Shown here piece by piece: positions 47,434 through 64,000 of a stretch of 64,000 nucleotides of DNA (the first letter of the stretch is position 1; every line of letters begins with the position of its first letter). Source of the DNA: an uncultured Acidobacteriota bacterium (GTDB lineage: Bacteria; Acidobacteriota; Polarisedimenticolia; J045); contig CAVPCQ010000016.1 in the NCBI GenBank assembly GCA_963702425.1, positions 128,001 through 192,000 on the forward strand, in the 5' to 3' direction. Under the pieces are notes generated by a model. It had not been told where the DNA came from, did no database searches, and worked only from the letters and a program-made list of their open reading frames with translations. Both the position numbers and the translations under genes were made by a program.

Positions 47434-48213
47434 CTAGGATGGGCGCGCGTCCAGGTCGACGAAGACCGGCGCATGGTCCGAAGGCTTATCGCCTCGGCGC
47501 GGCTCGACGTCGATCTCCGCGGCCGCGGCCCGCACGGCGACGGGTCCGGTCGCGAGCACCAGGTCGATCCGCGCGCCGAGGTTGCGCCGGAAGGCGTTCA
47601 TCCGGTAGTCCCACCAGGAGTAGCGCTTCGGGGCGTCGTCGCAGCGCCGATAGACGTCCGCCAGCCCCCAGTCGAGCAGGCGTTTGAGCCGGACCCGCTC
47701 CTCGTCGGTGAACAGGATCGAGAAGCGGAACTCCTGCGGGTCGTAGACGTCGCGCTCCTCGGGGATGAGGTTGAAGTCGCCGAGCAGCACGAGCGGCTGG
47801 TCCGGGCGGTGGGCCGTTTCGAGGTGGCGCGCGAGGTCGTCGAGCCAGCGCAGCTTGTAGGAGTACTTGTCGGTCCCGACCTCCTGACCGTTCGGCACGT
47901 AGAGGTTGAGGAAGCGGATCCCGCCGACGGTAGCGGCCACGGCGCGGGCCGCGGGGTCCCAGGCCAGCTCGGGGAGGCCGACCGCCGGGTCCTCGAGCGG
48001 GGCCCGCGCCAGCAGCGCGACACCGTTGTAGGTCTTCTGCCCGAGGACGACGGCCTCGTAGCCGGCCGCGCGCAACGCGTCGCGCGGGAAGTCGGCGTCC
48101 GTGAGCTTCAGCTCCTGGAGCCCGATCACGTCGGGCCGGCGGGCCGCGAGCCAGTCGAGGACCGCCGGCAGCCGGACCTTGAGCGAGTTGACGTTCCAGG
48201 TGGCGATGCGCAT
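47434..48213 (-). CDS. xth: Exodeoxyribonuclease III
   Basis: MRIATWNVNSL, LQELK, YNGVA, NLYVPNG, GDFN, YSWWDYR, RIDLVL, SDHAP. Confidence 0.95.
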   Translation of the reverse strand: MRIATWNVNSLKVRLPAVLDWLAARRPDVIGLQELKLTDADFPRDALRAAGYEAVVLGQKTYNGVALLARAPLEDPAVGLPELAWDPAARAVAATVGGIRFLNLYVPNGQEVGTDKYSYKLRWLDDLARHLETAHRPDQPLVLLGDFNLIPEERDVYDPQEFRFSILFTDEERVRLKRLLDWGLADVYRRCDDAPKRYSWWDYRMNAFRRNLGARIDLVLATGPVAVRAAAAEIDVEPRRGDKPSDHAPVFVDLDARPS

Positions 48214-48369
48214 CGCGGCTCCGGGCCCGCGGCGCGGCCGCGGGGCGGCAGTGTAGCGCAGGCGCGCGGTGGCGATCCCGCGGCAGGGAGGGCGGTGCGA
48301 CCGGCTCGGGAGTTCTTGCTTGACGGTTCGCACGCGAGCTTCCTACACTCCGTTCCGGAGCCCCTGGCC

Positions 48370-48933
48370 ATGAGCACCCCCGGACACAGCCGCGCACCGA
48401 TGACCGCCGCCGACTACCTTGCGATGGCGGACGACGGGCGGCGCTACCAGCTGTTCGATGGGGAACTCGCAGAGATGACACCGGGACCTTCGGTGCGGCA
48501 CCAGCTGATCGTGATGAAGCTCGCGGCCTGGCTGCACGGTCACGCGGAGGCCCGCGGCCTCGGCAGGATCATCCCCTCCCCCGTCGACGTCATCCTCGGC
48601 CCACGGACGGTCGTCCAGCCGGACCTCCTGTTCATCGCGGCCGCGCACGCGGCGGCTCTCGACATGGACCGCGTGCGGATCGCGCCGGACCTCGTCGTCG
48701 AGATCCTCTCGCCCTGGACCCGTGGCGACGACCTCGGGCGCAAGGCGGACCTCTACGCCGCGGCCGGCGTCGCGCACTACTGGATCGTGGACCCCGAGGC
48801 CCGTTCGATCGCCGAGTGGATTCTCGAGGGCGGACGATTCGTGGAGCGCGCCCGTGCGTCGTCCGGCGGGCGGTTGCGGCCCGCGCTTTTCCCGGGGCTC
48901 GAGCTGGATCTCGACACCCTCTTCCGGGCCTGA
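48370..48933 (+). CDS. Uma2 family endonuclease-like protein
   Basis: RYQLFDGEL, P...HQ, VQPDLLFI, APDLVVEILSP, K..LYAAAGVAHYWIVDP. Confidence 0.9.
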   Translation: MSTPGHSRAPMTAADYLAMADDGRRYQLFDGELAEMTPGPSVRHQLIVMKLAAWLHGHAEARGLGRIIPSPVDVILGPRTVVQPDLLFIAAAHAAALDMDRVRIAPDLVVEILSPWTRGDDLGRKADLYAAAGVAHYWIVDPEARSIAEWILEGGRFVERARASSGGRLRPALFPGLELDLDTLFRA

Positions 48934-48937
48934 TCCG

Positions 48938-49270
48938 ATGAACCGCTACATGATCTGGTTCGACATCGACGACACCTCCGAAGACCTCGCCTTCGTCGAG
49001 GCGCTCGACGCGTTCCTCGACGACCTCCGGGAACGCGACATGATCGGGGGCTGGCGGCTCTCGCGGCGCAAGCTCGGCTTCGGTCCGCCGGAGCTGGGCG
49101 AGTTCCAGCTCGAGATCGAGACCGAGGACCTGGCCCAGCTCGAGCGGGCCTTCCGCGAGGTCTCGCGGCGGGAGGGGGAAACGGAGGAGCGCCACGTCGC
49201 GGTCTTCTCGCGGGTCCGCAACATGAAGACCGGGCTCTACCGCGACTTCCCGGACCCCTGGCGACGCTGA
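48938..49270 (+). CDS. Small conserved hypothetical protein (resembles DUF6614 family)
   Basis: MNRYMIWFD...WRLSRRKLGFGP..LGEF...LYRDFPD; starts 5 bp after the Uma2 stop. Confidence 0.7.
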   Translation: MNRYMIWFDIDDTSEDLAFVEALDAFLDDLRERDMIGGWRLSRRKLGFGPPELGEFQLEIETEDLAQLERAFREVSRREGETEERHVAVFSRVRNMKTGLYRDFPDPWRR

Positions 49271-49273
49271 AGC

Positions 49274-49336
49274 GGGGACAGCAACCGTTAGCCGGTAAGC
49301 CGCTCGAATCGGGGACAGCTACTGTTAGCCGGTAAG
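49274..49336 (+). repeat. Left flank of transposase: two 37-bp-period GGGGACAG repeats
   Basis: GGGGACAGCAACCGTTAGCCGGTAAG at 49274 and GGGGACAGCTACTGTTAGCCGGTAAG at 49311. Confidence 0.85.
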
Positions 49337-50047
49337 GCGCCACCCCGGCATCGACCGCGGCTCGTACGTTCCCGCTGCGCCATCGGCGTCTATCGCGTGG
49401 TGGCCGCGCCTGCCGGGATGGAGCGGACGCCCATGGCGGCGCTCCAGCCACTCGAGCATCTGGGGCCCTACGGATGGGCGCCCGGTGCTCGTGTTCAGCC
49501 GAAGGCGCTCGAGAGCCGCCTCGTCGATCCCCTCGCCAAGCCACGTCGCCCAGTCACGGATCGATCCCGGAAACGGGCGCGACGCGGCGAGCAGGTCGCT
49601 CGTCGCCCCAAGGGCATGAGTCCGCGCGCTGGACCAGGGATAGTCGGTCGCGAGCAGTGCGAGGTCCGCGCGGACGGGGTTCAGTTCGACGTACCGGACT
49701 GCCTCCCAGAGGTGCTGGTCGTCGAGTAGGGTCGAATAGAAGCGGTTCGCCCAGAGGTGCCCCGTCCACCCGTTCTGCTCGTTCACGAGACGGGAGAAGG
49801 CCCGGTGTGCATTCCCGATCGCCAGCGCCATCGCGTCCGCCCGCCGCGGCATGACGACGAGATGAACGTGATTCGGCATCAGGCAGTAGGCCCAGACGTC
49901 GAGCGCAAAGCGCTCGGCGTAGGCCTTGAGCAGGGCGAGGTAGCGACCCCGATCGGCGTCCGACGCGAAGATCTCGGCGCGGCGGTTCCCTCGGTGAGTA
50001 ACGTGGTACGGGAATCCCTGCTGCACGAGACGCGCCATGCGTGCCAT
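49325..50047 (-). mobile_element. RAYT-like / Y1 HUH tyrosine transposase
   Basis: PYHVTHRGNRR..IF..D.DR, AYCLMPNHVHL (HUH), GHLWANRF, RYVELNPVRA, YPWSS. Confidence 0.9.
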
Positions 50048-50180
50048 CTGCCCTCCGCCCTGCGTGTGTTTCGCGGACTCAATCTGCCACGCGGGGGAAG
50101 GGGCGCTTGCCGACGACCGGGAGACACTTCCCGGGGCGTGGAATGGAGGCCCTGCGGAACCGGTGCGCCCCCGAGAACCG

Positions 50181-50280
50181 CTTACCGGCTTGCGGTTGCT
50201 GTCCCCGATTTGACCGACTTACCGGCTTACGGTTGCTGTCCCCGATTTGACCGGCTTACCGGCTTACGGTTGCTGTCCCC
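50181..50280 (-). repeat. Right flank of transposase: three 37-bp-period repeats, inverted relative to the left flank
   Basis: CTTACCGGCTT(A/G)CGGTTGCTGTCCCC at 50181, 50218, 50255 with GATTTGACCG(A/G) linkers. Confidence 0.88.
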
Positions 50281-51114
50281 GGAGACGATGCGGTCCCGGC
50301 CATGGCGATCGGGGTGCACGCGGAACTCGCACCGTCCCGCCGCGACGAACTCCGCTCCGACGAGCACGGTCTGGGACGGTGCGCACTCCACGAGGACCGG
50401 CGCGCCGGACGCGAGACGCGGCGCGACCTCTCGTACGAACGCTCGAATGACGGCCAGCCCGTCCCCCACCACGACCAGCGCGGTGCGCGGATCGTGTTCA
50501 CGGACCTCGGGCTCGAGCGCGTCGAACTCGTCTTCGCGGACGTACGGCAGATTGGCGACCGCGAGGTCGAAGCGCGGCCCATCGGCGAGCGCGCCGCAGA
50601 GATCACTGCGCACCAGGCCGACGTGCTCCACCAGCCCGCAGCGCGCCCGGTTCTCCCGCGCGAGCGAGAGCGCCGCTTCCTCCCGCTCGACCGCCACGAC
50701 CCGCGCCCGCGGCCGCGCCGCCGCGATCGCCAGCGCGAGGCAACCGCCACCCGTCCCGGCATCCAGCACCAGCGCCGCGCGGTCCTCCGGCAGCCGGGCG
50801 ATCGCCAGCAGCGCCAGGTCCTCGGTCTCCGGGCGCGGGACGAGGGCGCGGCGATCGGTGACCAGGTCCAGCCCGAGGAACGGCCAGTGCCCGACGACGT
50901 GCTGCAGCGGCTCGCGCGCTTCGCGCCGGGCCACGAGCACCGCGAAGCGCGCCGCCTCCGCCGGCGCCAGGGCTTCTCCGCCGCGCGCGAAGAGCGCCCC
51001 GCGCGACAGCCCCAGCACCTCCCCCAGCAGGACCTCGGCCTCGAAGGCCGCGTTCTCGATCCCGGCGGCGGAGAGGCGGGAGCGCGCGTCGGCGAGCGCC
51101 TCGCGCAGCGACAC
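50227..51114 (-). CDS. prmC: Release factor glutamine methyltransferase
   Basis: REPLQHVVG, ALVPRPETE, LDAGTGGG, ANLPYV, EHDPRTAL; directly downstream of prfA; start GTG 51114 or CTG 51138. Confidence 0.9.
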   Translation of the reverse strand: MSLREALADARSRLSAAGIENAAFEAEVLLGEVLGLSRGALFARGGEALAPAEAARFAVLVARREAREPLQHVVGHWPFLGLDLVTDRRALVPRPETEDLALLAIARLPEDRAALVLDAGTGGGCLALAIAAARPRARVVAVEREEAALSLARENRARCGLVEHVGLVRSDLCGALADGPRFDLAVANLPYVREDEFDALEPEVREHDPRTALVVVGDGLAVIRAFVREVAPRLASGAPVLVECAPSQTVLVGAEFVAAGRCEFRVHPDRHGRDRIVSGDSNRKPVSRSNRGQQP

Positions 51115-51134
51115 GGGGCGGCGGGGCGTCCCGC

Positions 51135-52229
<1,095 letters not shown>

Positions 52230-52280
52230 GGAGCTGTGGCCTCCCGGGGCGTCGCCCGGCAGGGAGGGGCGGCGCCGGTT

Positions 52281-52514
52281 CTACTTCCCGGTGCGGCGCT
52301 TCTCGGCCATCTTCTCCTGCTTGCCGTAGCGCTTCTGGAACCGCTCGACGCGGCCGGCGCTGTCGATGAGCTTCTGCTTCCCGGTGAAGAACGGGTGGCA
52401 GGCGGAGCACATGTCCACGCGCATCTCTTTCTTGGTGCTGAACGTCGTGAACGTGTTGCCGCAGGAGCAGACGACCTGGACCTCGTGGTATTCGGGGTGG
52501 ATTCCGGGCTTCAT
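52281..52514 (-). CDS. rpmE: 50S ribosomal protein L31 (Zn-binding type)
   Basis: MKPGIHPEY...CSCGN...[21 protein letters not shown]. Confidence 0.97.
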   Translation of the reverse strand: MKPGIHPEYHEVQVVCSCGNTFTTFSTKKEMRVDMCSACHPFFTGKQKLIDSAGRVERFQKRYGKQEKMAEKRRTGK

Positions 52515-52612
52515 CGCGGGTGTCCCTTCTCGCCCGACCAAGTCCGGTCGAAAGCCCGGTCTTGGCGGCGCGCAGCCGGCGGATAGTAGGCGCTTTCCCC
52601 GGGGGCCGCCAC

Positions 52613-52655
52613 CCCCGGCTCCCGGGTGGCCTGGCGGGCCACCCGGGAGCCGGGG
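52613..52655. terminator. Perfect 19-bp GC stem-loop downstream of rho
   Basis: CCCCGGCTCCCGGGTGGCC-TGGCG-GGCCACCCGGGAGCCGGGG; no U-tract on the coding strand, so function is uncertain. Confidence 0.45.
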
Positions 52656-52744
52656 CTTCGCCCTCTTGCCCGGCGCCGGCCGACGGGCTCTGTCCGGCGC
52701 TCGTCGTGCCGGAGTGACCCCGACCGGCGGGGTCGAGCGACGGA

Positions 52745-53992
52745 TCAGGCGGCCATCTGGTCGAGGAAGTCGGCGTTGCTGGTGCTCTTCCGCAGCCGGT
52801 CGAGCAGCAGCTCCATCGCCTCCACGGTGCTCATCTGGTCCAGCACCTTGCGCAGCACCCAGACCCGACGCAGCTGGTCCGGGGACATCAGCAGCTCCTC
52901 CTTCCGGGTCCCGGAGAGGTTGGCGTTCATCGCCGGGAAGACCCGCCGGTCCGAGAGGTCCCGGTCGAGGTGGATCTCCATGTTCCCCGTCCCCTTGAAC
53001 TCCTCGAAGATCACCTCGTCCATCCGCGAGCCGGTGTCGATCAGCGCGGTCGCGAGGATCGTCAGGGAGCCCCCCTCCTCGACCTTGCGCGCGGTCCCGA
53101 AGAACTTCTTCGGCTTGGAGAGCGCCGCCGCGTCGATGCCTCCCGACAGGATCTTGCCGGTGGTCGGCTGGACCGCGTTGTAGGCCCGGGCGAGGCGCGT
53201 GATCGAGTCGAGCAGGATCACCACGTCTTCGCCGAACTCGACCATCCGCTTGGCCCGCTCGAGCACGATCTCGGCGACCTGGACGTGGCGACTGGCGGGC
53301 TCGTCGAAGGTCGAGGCGATCACTTCTCCCCGGACCGTGCGCTGCATGTCGGTCACTTCCTCCGGGCGCTCGTCGATCAGCAGCACCAGCAGCTTCACGT
53401 CCGGGTGGTTCTCGGCGATGGCGTGCGCGATGGCCTGCAGGAACATCGTCTTGCCGGTGCGCGGCGGGGCGACGATCAGGCCGCGCTGCCCCTTGCCGAC
53501 CGGCGACAGGAGGTCGATCACGCGCCCGGTCAGGTTGTCGCGGGTCGTCTCCATCCGGAGCGGCGCGTCGGGGTGCCACGGCGTCAGCTCCTCGAACTTC
53601 TTCGTGCGCACGGCCTCGGCCGCGGGGCGCCCCTGGATCGTCTCGAGCTCCTGCAGCGCGAAGAACTTCTCGCCGCGCCGCGGGTGGCGCAGCGGCCCCG
53701 TGATCAGGTCCCCGGTGCCGATGCTGAAGCGGCGGATGATCCCGGGCGACACGTAGATGTCGTCCGGCCCCGGCAGGTAGCTGTGCTCGGGCGAGCGCAG
53801 GAAGCCGTAGCCGTCGGGAAGCAGTTCGAGCACGCCGAACGCGACGACGCGCTCGCCCTTCCGTACCTGCTCGACCAGGATCCGGTGGACCAGCTCCTGG
53901 CGCCGCATCAAGGACAGCCCTTCGATCGACAATGACTTTGCGAGCCGGGTCAACTGGCCCGCACGCATGTTCTTCAGGTCGTGGAGGTTCAT
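52745..53992 (-). CDS. rho: Transcription termination factor Rho
   Basis: [54 protein letters not shown]. Confidence 0.98.
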   Translation of the reverse strand: MNLHDLKNMRAGQLTRLAKSLSIEGLSLMRRQELVHRILVEQVRKGERVVAFGVLELLPDGYGFLRSPEHSYLPGPDDIYVSPGIIRRFSIGTGDLITGPLRHPRRGEKFFALQELETIQGRPAAEAVRTKKFEELTPWHPDAPLRMETTRDNLTGRVIDLLSPVGKGQRGLIVAPPRTGKTMFLQAIAHAIAENHPDVKLLVLLIDERPEEVTDMQRTVRGEVIASTFDEPASRHVQVAEIVLERAKRMVEFGEDVVILLDSITRLARAYNAVQPTTGKILSGGIDAAALSKPKKFFGTARKVEEGGSLTILATALIDTGSRMDEVIFEEFKGTGNMEIHLDRDLSDRRVFPAMNANLSGTRKEELLMSPDQLRRVWVLRKVLDQMSTVEAMELLLDRLRKSTSNADFLDQMAA

Positions 53993-54594
53993 GCGTCCTT
54001 CCCGGCGGGGCGCGCGAGCGCCTCGTCGACGATCTTCGACAGCTCCTTCATCCCGGCCCCGGAGTGGGCAGAGGTCGACACGACGGGAACCCAGGGCGGG
54101 AGCTCGAGCTCGCGCCGGGTCTCGGCCGCCGCCTGCGCGGCGCGTGATCCGGAGACCTTGTCAGCCTTCGTCAGCACCACGGCGAACGGTACCTCGCGCT
54201 CCGCCAGGAACGCGGCGAGCGCGTGATCGAGCGGCTGGGGCGGGTGCCGGCTGTCGACGAGCTGCAGCGCGAGGCGGAGCGGCTCGCGCCGCTCGAGGTA
54301 GCTCGCGAGGAGCTGGTCCCACGCCTCGCGCGCACCGGCCGACACTCGCGCGTAGCCGAAGCCAGGCACGTCGACGACGTAGGCGCGATCGTCCACCAGG
54401 TAGAAGAAGATCTCCCGCGTCCGGCCGGGCGCCTTGCTGACGCGCGCGATCCCCTTGCGCCCGACCAGCCGATTGATCAGGCTCGACTTCCCGACGTTCG
54501 AGCGGCCGAGCAGCACCACCTCCGGCCGCCCATCGCGAGGGAAGTCCTCCGGGCGCGCCGCGGCGCGCACCATCTCGACGCTCTTCGGTCTCAC
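53989..54594 (-). CDS. engB: Ribosome biogenesis GTPase YihA/EngB
   Basis: [33 protein letters not shown]. Confidence 0.95.
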   Translation of the reverse strand: MRPKSVEMVRAAARPEDFPRDGRPEVVLLGRSNVGKSSLINRLVGRKGIARVSKAPGRTREIFFYLVDDRAYVVDVPGFGYARVSAGAREAWDQLLASYLERREPLRLALQLVDSRHPPQPLDHALAAFLAEREVPFAVVLTKADKVSGSRAAQAAAETRRELELPPWVPVVSTSAHSGAGMKELSKIVDEALARPAGKDA

Positions 54595-54790
54595 CGCCCT
54601 GCCTTCATCGGGTGCGCGGGCCACTGTGCCGGGCCCGCCGCCCTCATCGTGCTGCCGGGGTCGCGGGGCGAGCCGAAGCTGGCCCGCGACGGGGTCGACG
54701 CCCCGGTCGTGCCGGGGCACCCTCGCGCAGAAGACTATCCCAGGTCGCGCCGCCGCGCAGCCCGGCCGGCACTCGCTCGAGCGAGATGCC

Positions 54791-55633
54791 TCAGAACAGG
54801 TACTTGATCAGCAGGACCTCGTTCCCCTTCTCGCTGTAGATCAGCTCGTCGACCGTGCGACTGGCCAGGAGCAACCCGAAACCGCCCGGCCGCAGCCCCT
54901 GCTCGGCGCGCACGTCGGCGTGGTGCAACGGGTCCTCGGGCGGGTTCGAGACCGCAGCGTGGGGCAGCGCCTCGCGGTCGAAGCCGGGCCCCGGGTCGCG
55001 CACGTAGTAGACGATCGTGCGGCGCGTCCGGATTGCCGCGACCTCGATCACCTTGTCGGGATCCAGCTTGGCCCCGTGCTCGATCGCGTTGAACAGGATC
55101 TCGCGGAACGCCGCCATCAGGTTGTCGCGCTCCGGGTCCGGGAGATCGTCGCGCATCTCGGCCAGGAACTGGATCAGCCGCTCGCCCGTGACGCGGCGCG
55201 CGGTCAGGCGCAGCGCGATCCAGTCGGCGTTGGCGGAGGTGACTTCAATCGCCGTGCGCCAGCTCTCGTCGGCAGCCTCGATGGCCTGCCTCACCATCTC
55301 CGCGATGCGCGGAGCCTCGAACGGAGCGGTGAAGCAGGCGAAGACCCGCGCCCGGAGCGCTTCGATCACGTCCTCCGGACGCGCCGTGGCGGCCAGCAGG
55401 ATGACCGGGACGCCGGGCCGCGCGGCGCGCAACTCGGCCAGCAGCGCGATGTCCTCGTGGATCGTGCGTTCGGGGTCGGTGACGACGGCATCGTAGGACT
55501 TGCGGCGCAGCCGCTGCAGGGCATCTGCCGAGCCGTGGGCCAGTTCGAAGACGCAGCCCGGCAGGGACGCCTGCCGGACGACTTCCTCCGCGAGCGCGGG
55601 GTCGGTCCGGATGAACAGGATCCTCGCTGCCAT
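54791..55633 (-). CDS. Degenerate receiver domain fused to RsbW-like anti-sigma/HATPase domain
   Basis: N-terminal REC-like fold lacking the DD pair and conserved Lys; AFREILFNAIEHG, VRDPGPGFD, GGFGLLL, YSEKGNEV. Confidence 0.8.
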   Translation of the reverse strand: MAARILFIRTDPALAEEVVRQASLPGCVFELAHGSADALQRLRRKSYDAVVTDPERTIHEDIALLAELRAARPGVPVILLAATARPEDVIEALRARVFACFTAPFEAPRIAEMVRQAIEAADESWRTAIEVTSANADWIALRLTARRVTGERLIQFLAEMRDDLPDPERDNLMAAFREILFNAIEHGAKLDPDKVIEVAAIRTRRTIVYYVRDPGPGFDREALPHAAVSNPPEDPLHHADVRAEQGLRPGGFGLLLASRTVDELIYSEKGNEVLLIKYLF

Positions 55634-55664
55634 CGGGCCCTCGCTCCGCGCTCGCCGTCCGTTC

Positions 55665-57617
<1,953 letters not shown>

Positions 57618-57817
57618 GCTGGACCTCCTCTCGGCTTCCTTCCCACTCCGGGACGGGCACGAGCGGCCGCAGCCGACATCCCGCGGCGACTCGGGCTGCG
57701 CCGGATCATACGAAAATTGTGCGCAAGGGCGGAAGATCGCCGGGCGAGATTTCTCCGATCCGCTGCGTTTACAAGCCGGTTACTAGAAACGGCTGAGTGT
57801 GGGCGGATTCGCCCCGC

Positions 57818-60199
<2,382 letters not shown>

Positions 60200-60247
60200 C
60201 GCGCTCCGTCGCCCGGCGCCCGCCGGGGCGCCGTGGCCGGAAAGACG

Positions 60248-61504
<1,257 letters not shown>

Positions 61505-61520
61505 GTCTACTCCCCGGCCG

Positions 61521-62114
61521 TCAGCGAGGACGCCGTTCGATGACCTGGTCGATCAGTCCGTACTCCGCGGACTCGGCGGCGGAGAGGAAATGATCCCGGT
61601 CGGTGTCCTTCTCGATCCGGTCCATCGTGGCGCCGGTGTGACGGACCAGAATGTCGTTGATGATCACCTTCAGGCGGTCGATCTCCGCCGCCTGGATCTT
61701 GATGTCGGTCGCCTGGCCGCCGAGCCCGAAGGCGAGCGGCTGGTGGATCATGATCCGCGAGTGCGGTAGCGCGGAGCGCTTCCCTTTGGCACCGGCCGCG
61801 AGCAGCACCGCCGCCATGGAAGCGGCCTGCCCGACGCACATCGTGTTCACGTCGGCCTTGACGAACTGCATCGTGTCGTAGATCGCGAGCCCCGCAGTCA
61901 CCGAGCCGCCCGGCGAGTTGATGTAGATGAAGATGTCGCGGTCGGGATCCTCGGCTTCGAGAAAGAGCAGCTGGGCAATCACGAGATTGCTTACGAAGTC
62001 GTCGATCCCGCTGCCGATGAAGATGATGTGGTCCTTGAGCAGCCGGGAGAAGATGTCCCAGTAGCGCTCGCCGCGCGGGGTCTGTTCGACCACCGTCGGC
62101 CAGGGGACCGTCAT
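61521..62114 (-). CDS. clpP: ATP-dependent Clp protease proteolytic subunit
   Basis: [32 protein letters not shown]; start ATG 62114 (alternative 62165). Confidence 0.97.
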   Translation of the reverse strand: MTVPWPTVVEQTPRGERYWDIFSRLLKDHIIFIGSGIDDFVSNLVIAQLLFLEAEDPDRDIFIYINSPGGSVTAGLAIYDTMQFVKADVNTMCVGQAASMAAVLLAAGAKGKRSALPHSRIMIHQPLAFGLGGQATDIKIQAAEIDRLKVIINDILVRHTGATMDRIEKDTDRDHFLSAAESAEYGLIDQVIERRPR

Positions 62115-62193
62115 ACCCCGAACCGCTGCCTGCTCCCGGGCCGTTTCGAACACCCGCTCGATCATCCGCTATCCTCTGGGAAGGGCTTACCCC

Positions 62194-63486
62194 TCAGGAA
62201 ATCTTAGCTTGCGAGTAGAGCCAGTCAAGGCTCCGGCGGCGCAGGAGATCGCGCTCGAGCCCCTCGAGGTTTCCCGCCTTGGCAAGACGGGTTCGCGCGT
62301 CGGCCACCGGCACGCCCGTCTCCCGGGCCAGCAACTCGATCTCGCGGTCGAGCTCGCCCGGCTCGATCGTCATCCCTTCCTTCTTCACGATCGCGTCCAG
62401 CAGCAGCCGCGCGCGCACCGACCCCTCTGCCGCGCCACGCTCCCGCTCGAGGACCTTGTTCCAGTCGAGCTGGACCTTGTCGGGATCGATTCCGCGCATC
62501 GCCAGCCCGCGGCCGAGGTCCTCCAGGCGGTCCTTCAGCTCCTGGCGCACCAGCGACTCGGGCGCCTCGAACGGGTGCAGCGAGAGCAGGTCCTCGAGCA
62601 GCCGCTGGCGCGCCACGGCGTCGGCCTCGCCGCCCTTCACGCGGTGGATCGCTTCGCGGATCTTCCCCCGCAGGTCCTCGACCGACTCGGCACCGGCGGC
62701 CTTGGCGAAATCGTCGTCGAGCGGCGGGATCTCCGGCTTGCGGATCTCGTTGACCTTCCCCTTGTAGTAGATCGTCTTCCCCTTGAGCTGGTCGCTCGGG
62801 TGATCGTCGGGGTAGCTGACGGAGAATGCGAAATCGTCCCCCGCGTGCAGGTCCTGGAGCTTCTGGTCGAACTCCGGCAGGTTCCCCTCTTCGCCCAGGC
62901 GGACCACGCGCGGCTTGCGCTCGATCACCGGCGCCTGGCCCAGTTCGGCGCCTTCCATGTCCACCGCCAGGTAGTCGCCCATCAGGCTGCCGCGGTCGGT
63001 CACCGGAACGAGCTTCCCCTGCCGCTCCCGGAAAGCTTTGAGTTCCGCTTCCAGCTCCTCTTCGGTCACCTCGACCGCGGGCCGGGCGATCGTCCGGCCG
63101 ACGTAGTCGTGCGGCTCGATCGTCGGCGCGACGTCCACCGCCAGCGCGAAAGCGTACGGCTCGTGTTCCTTCGCTGGCTCGATGTGATCGTGCCCATCAG
63201 CGAGTTCGACCGTCACACCGCCTTCCACCGGGTCGAGCCCCTCGCGCCGGACCGCCTCGCGCGCGAAGGCCTCGAGCAACCGCTCCGCCGCCTCGTGGCC
63301 CAGCTCGCCGCCCAGCCGCTGCCGCACGACTTCGAGCGGGGCCTTCCCGGGTCGGAAGCCGGGGAGCAGCACCCGCTTCCGGTGCTCCCGGAGCAGGTCC
63401 TGGAAGGTCGCCGCCACGTCCGCGGCGGGCACCTCCACCTGGAGTCGGCGGCGGGTCGGGGAGAGCTCGGTCAGTTCGGTCTTCAT
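62194..63486 (-). CDS. tig: Trigger factor
   Basis: LPGFRPGKAP signature, FKBP-like middle domain, position upstream of clpP. Confidence 0.95.
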   Translation of the reverse strand: MKTELTELSPTRRRLQVEVPAADVAATFQDLLREHRKRVLLPGFRPGKAPLEVVRQRLGGELGHEAAERLLEAFAREAVRREGLDPVEGGVTVELADGHDHIEPAKEHEPYAFALAVDVAPTIEPHDYVGRTIARPAVEVTEEELEAELKAFRERQGKLVPVTDRGSLMGDYLAVDMEGAELGQAPVIERKPRVVRLGEEGNLPEFDQKLQDLHAGDDFAFSVSYPDDHPSDQLKGKTIYYKGKVNEIRKPEIPPLDDDFAKAAGAESVEDLRGKIREAIHRVKGGEADAVARQRLLEDLLSLHPFEAPESLVRQELKDRLEDLGRGLAMRGIDPDKVQLDWNKVLERERGAAEGSVRARLLLDAIVKKEGMTIEPGELDREIELLARETGVPVADARTRLAKAGNLEGLERDLLRRRSLDWLYSQAKIS

Positions 63487-63502
63487 GCCTGTCCTCTGGC
63501 GC

Positions 63503-63587
63503 TGGTGCGAAAGGGGGGATTCGAACCCCCACGGCCGAAGCCACGAGATCCTAAGTCTCGCGCGTCTACCAGTTCCGCCACTTTCGC
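63503..63587 (-). tRNA. tRNA-Leu (anticodon TAG)
   Basis: GCGAAAGTGGCGGAACTGGTAGACGCGCGAGACT-TAG-GATCTCG...GTTCGAATCC...CGCACCA; long variable arm. Confidence 0.95.
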
Positions 63588-63728
63588 ACGGATCGGGGCG
63601 GCGGACGAACCATGGTCTGGATGATAAGGCGAAAGGCGTGACGCGGCGCCCGGGGATCCGGGCGCGGCGCCGGGCGCGTGGTTCGGCAGGCGCGTCGAAC
63701 CTGGCGCGCGCAGCCGTGAGAAGGGTGT

Positions 63729-63804
63729 TGGTGAGCCGCCAGGGACTTGAACCCCGAACCCGCAGATTAAGAGTCTGCTGCTCTGCCAGTTGAGCTAGCG
63801 GCCC
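63729..63804 (-). tRNA. tRNA-Lys (anticodon CTT)
   Basis: GGGCCGCTAGCTCAACTGGCAGAGCAGCAGACT-CTT-AATCTGC...GTTCAAGTCC...CACCA. Confidence 0.95.
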
Positions 63805-63911
63805 ACCCGAGCGTTGCTGAGGCCGGAATCGGTCTCCCCTCCGGCGAGCGGGGGATTATACGCGACCAACCCCCGACGGCAACCAACTATGGTTCCACGT
63901 CGCGGGAAGAT

Positions 63912-63988
63912 TGGGGTGGGCGACGGGGCTCGAACCCGTGACAACCAGATCCACAGTCTGGGGCTCTACCAACTGAGCTACGCCCACC
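63912..63988 (-). tRNA. tRNA-His (anticodon GTG)
   Basis: G-1 present, CCAGACT-GTG-GATCTGG anticodon arm, C73 discriminator, encoded CCA. Confidence 0.95.
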
Positions 63989-64000
63989 ACGTCGTTCCAT

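Noticed and set aside
50181-50280. CRISPR-like 37-bp repeats
   Set aside because: Units are directly tandem with no spacers and are mirrored on the other side of a transposase.
57705-57790. Operator-like AT-rich elements upstream of acs (TTGTGCGCAA)
   Set aside because: Single imperfect palindrome with no second copy or cognate regulator to support it.
63503-63988. tRNA-anchored prophage or island
   Set aside because: No integrase, phage genes or duplicated tRNA 3' end seen in the window.

Overview
Very GC-rich bacterial chromosomal window (gene content suggests an Acidobacteriota-like lineage; inference only). Housekeeping blocks: TPP riboswitch plus TonB-dependent receptor, ppa, two peptidases, CCA-adding enzyme, selB-tatA, a sigma-70 factor, trxA-ccdA-tlpA-hflX-ddl-ABC transporter, larC-metG, xth, rpmE-prfA-prmC, tig-clpP-clpX-lon-(acs, REC/anti-sigma)-engB-rho, and tRNA-His/Lys/Leu. 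The most unusual content is two paralogous giant one-component sigma-54 activators (Ser/Thr kinase - STAND-like ATPase - helical repeats - GAF - AAA+ GAFTGA - Fis HTH). Each is followed immediately by GAGAC/GTCTC enhancer-like sites and a -24/-12 promoter. One promoter (six TGAGACAC boxes plus an exact IHF consensus) points into a secreted subtilase ending in 26 tandem DGVIWG repeats. The other points into a ~200-nt structured, start-codon-free segment that looks like a sigma-54-dependent small RNA. Also present: a GTAG-type REP array with two copies inserted in frame in metG, and a RAYT-like HUH transposase bracketed by inverted 37-bp tandem repeats. About a dozen single-base indels in six genes most likely reflect sequencing error.
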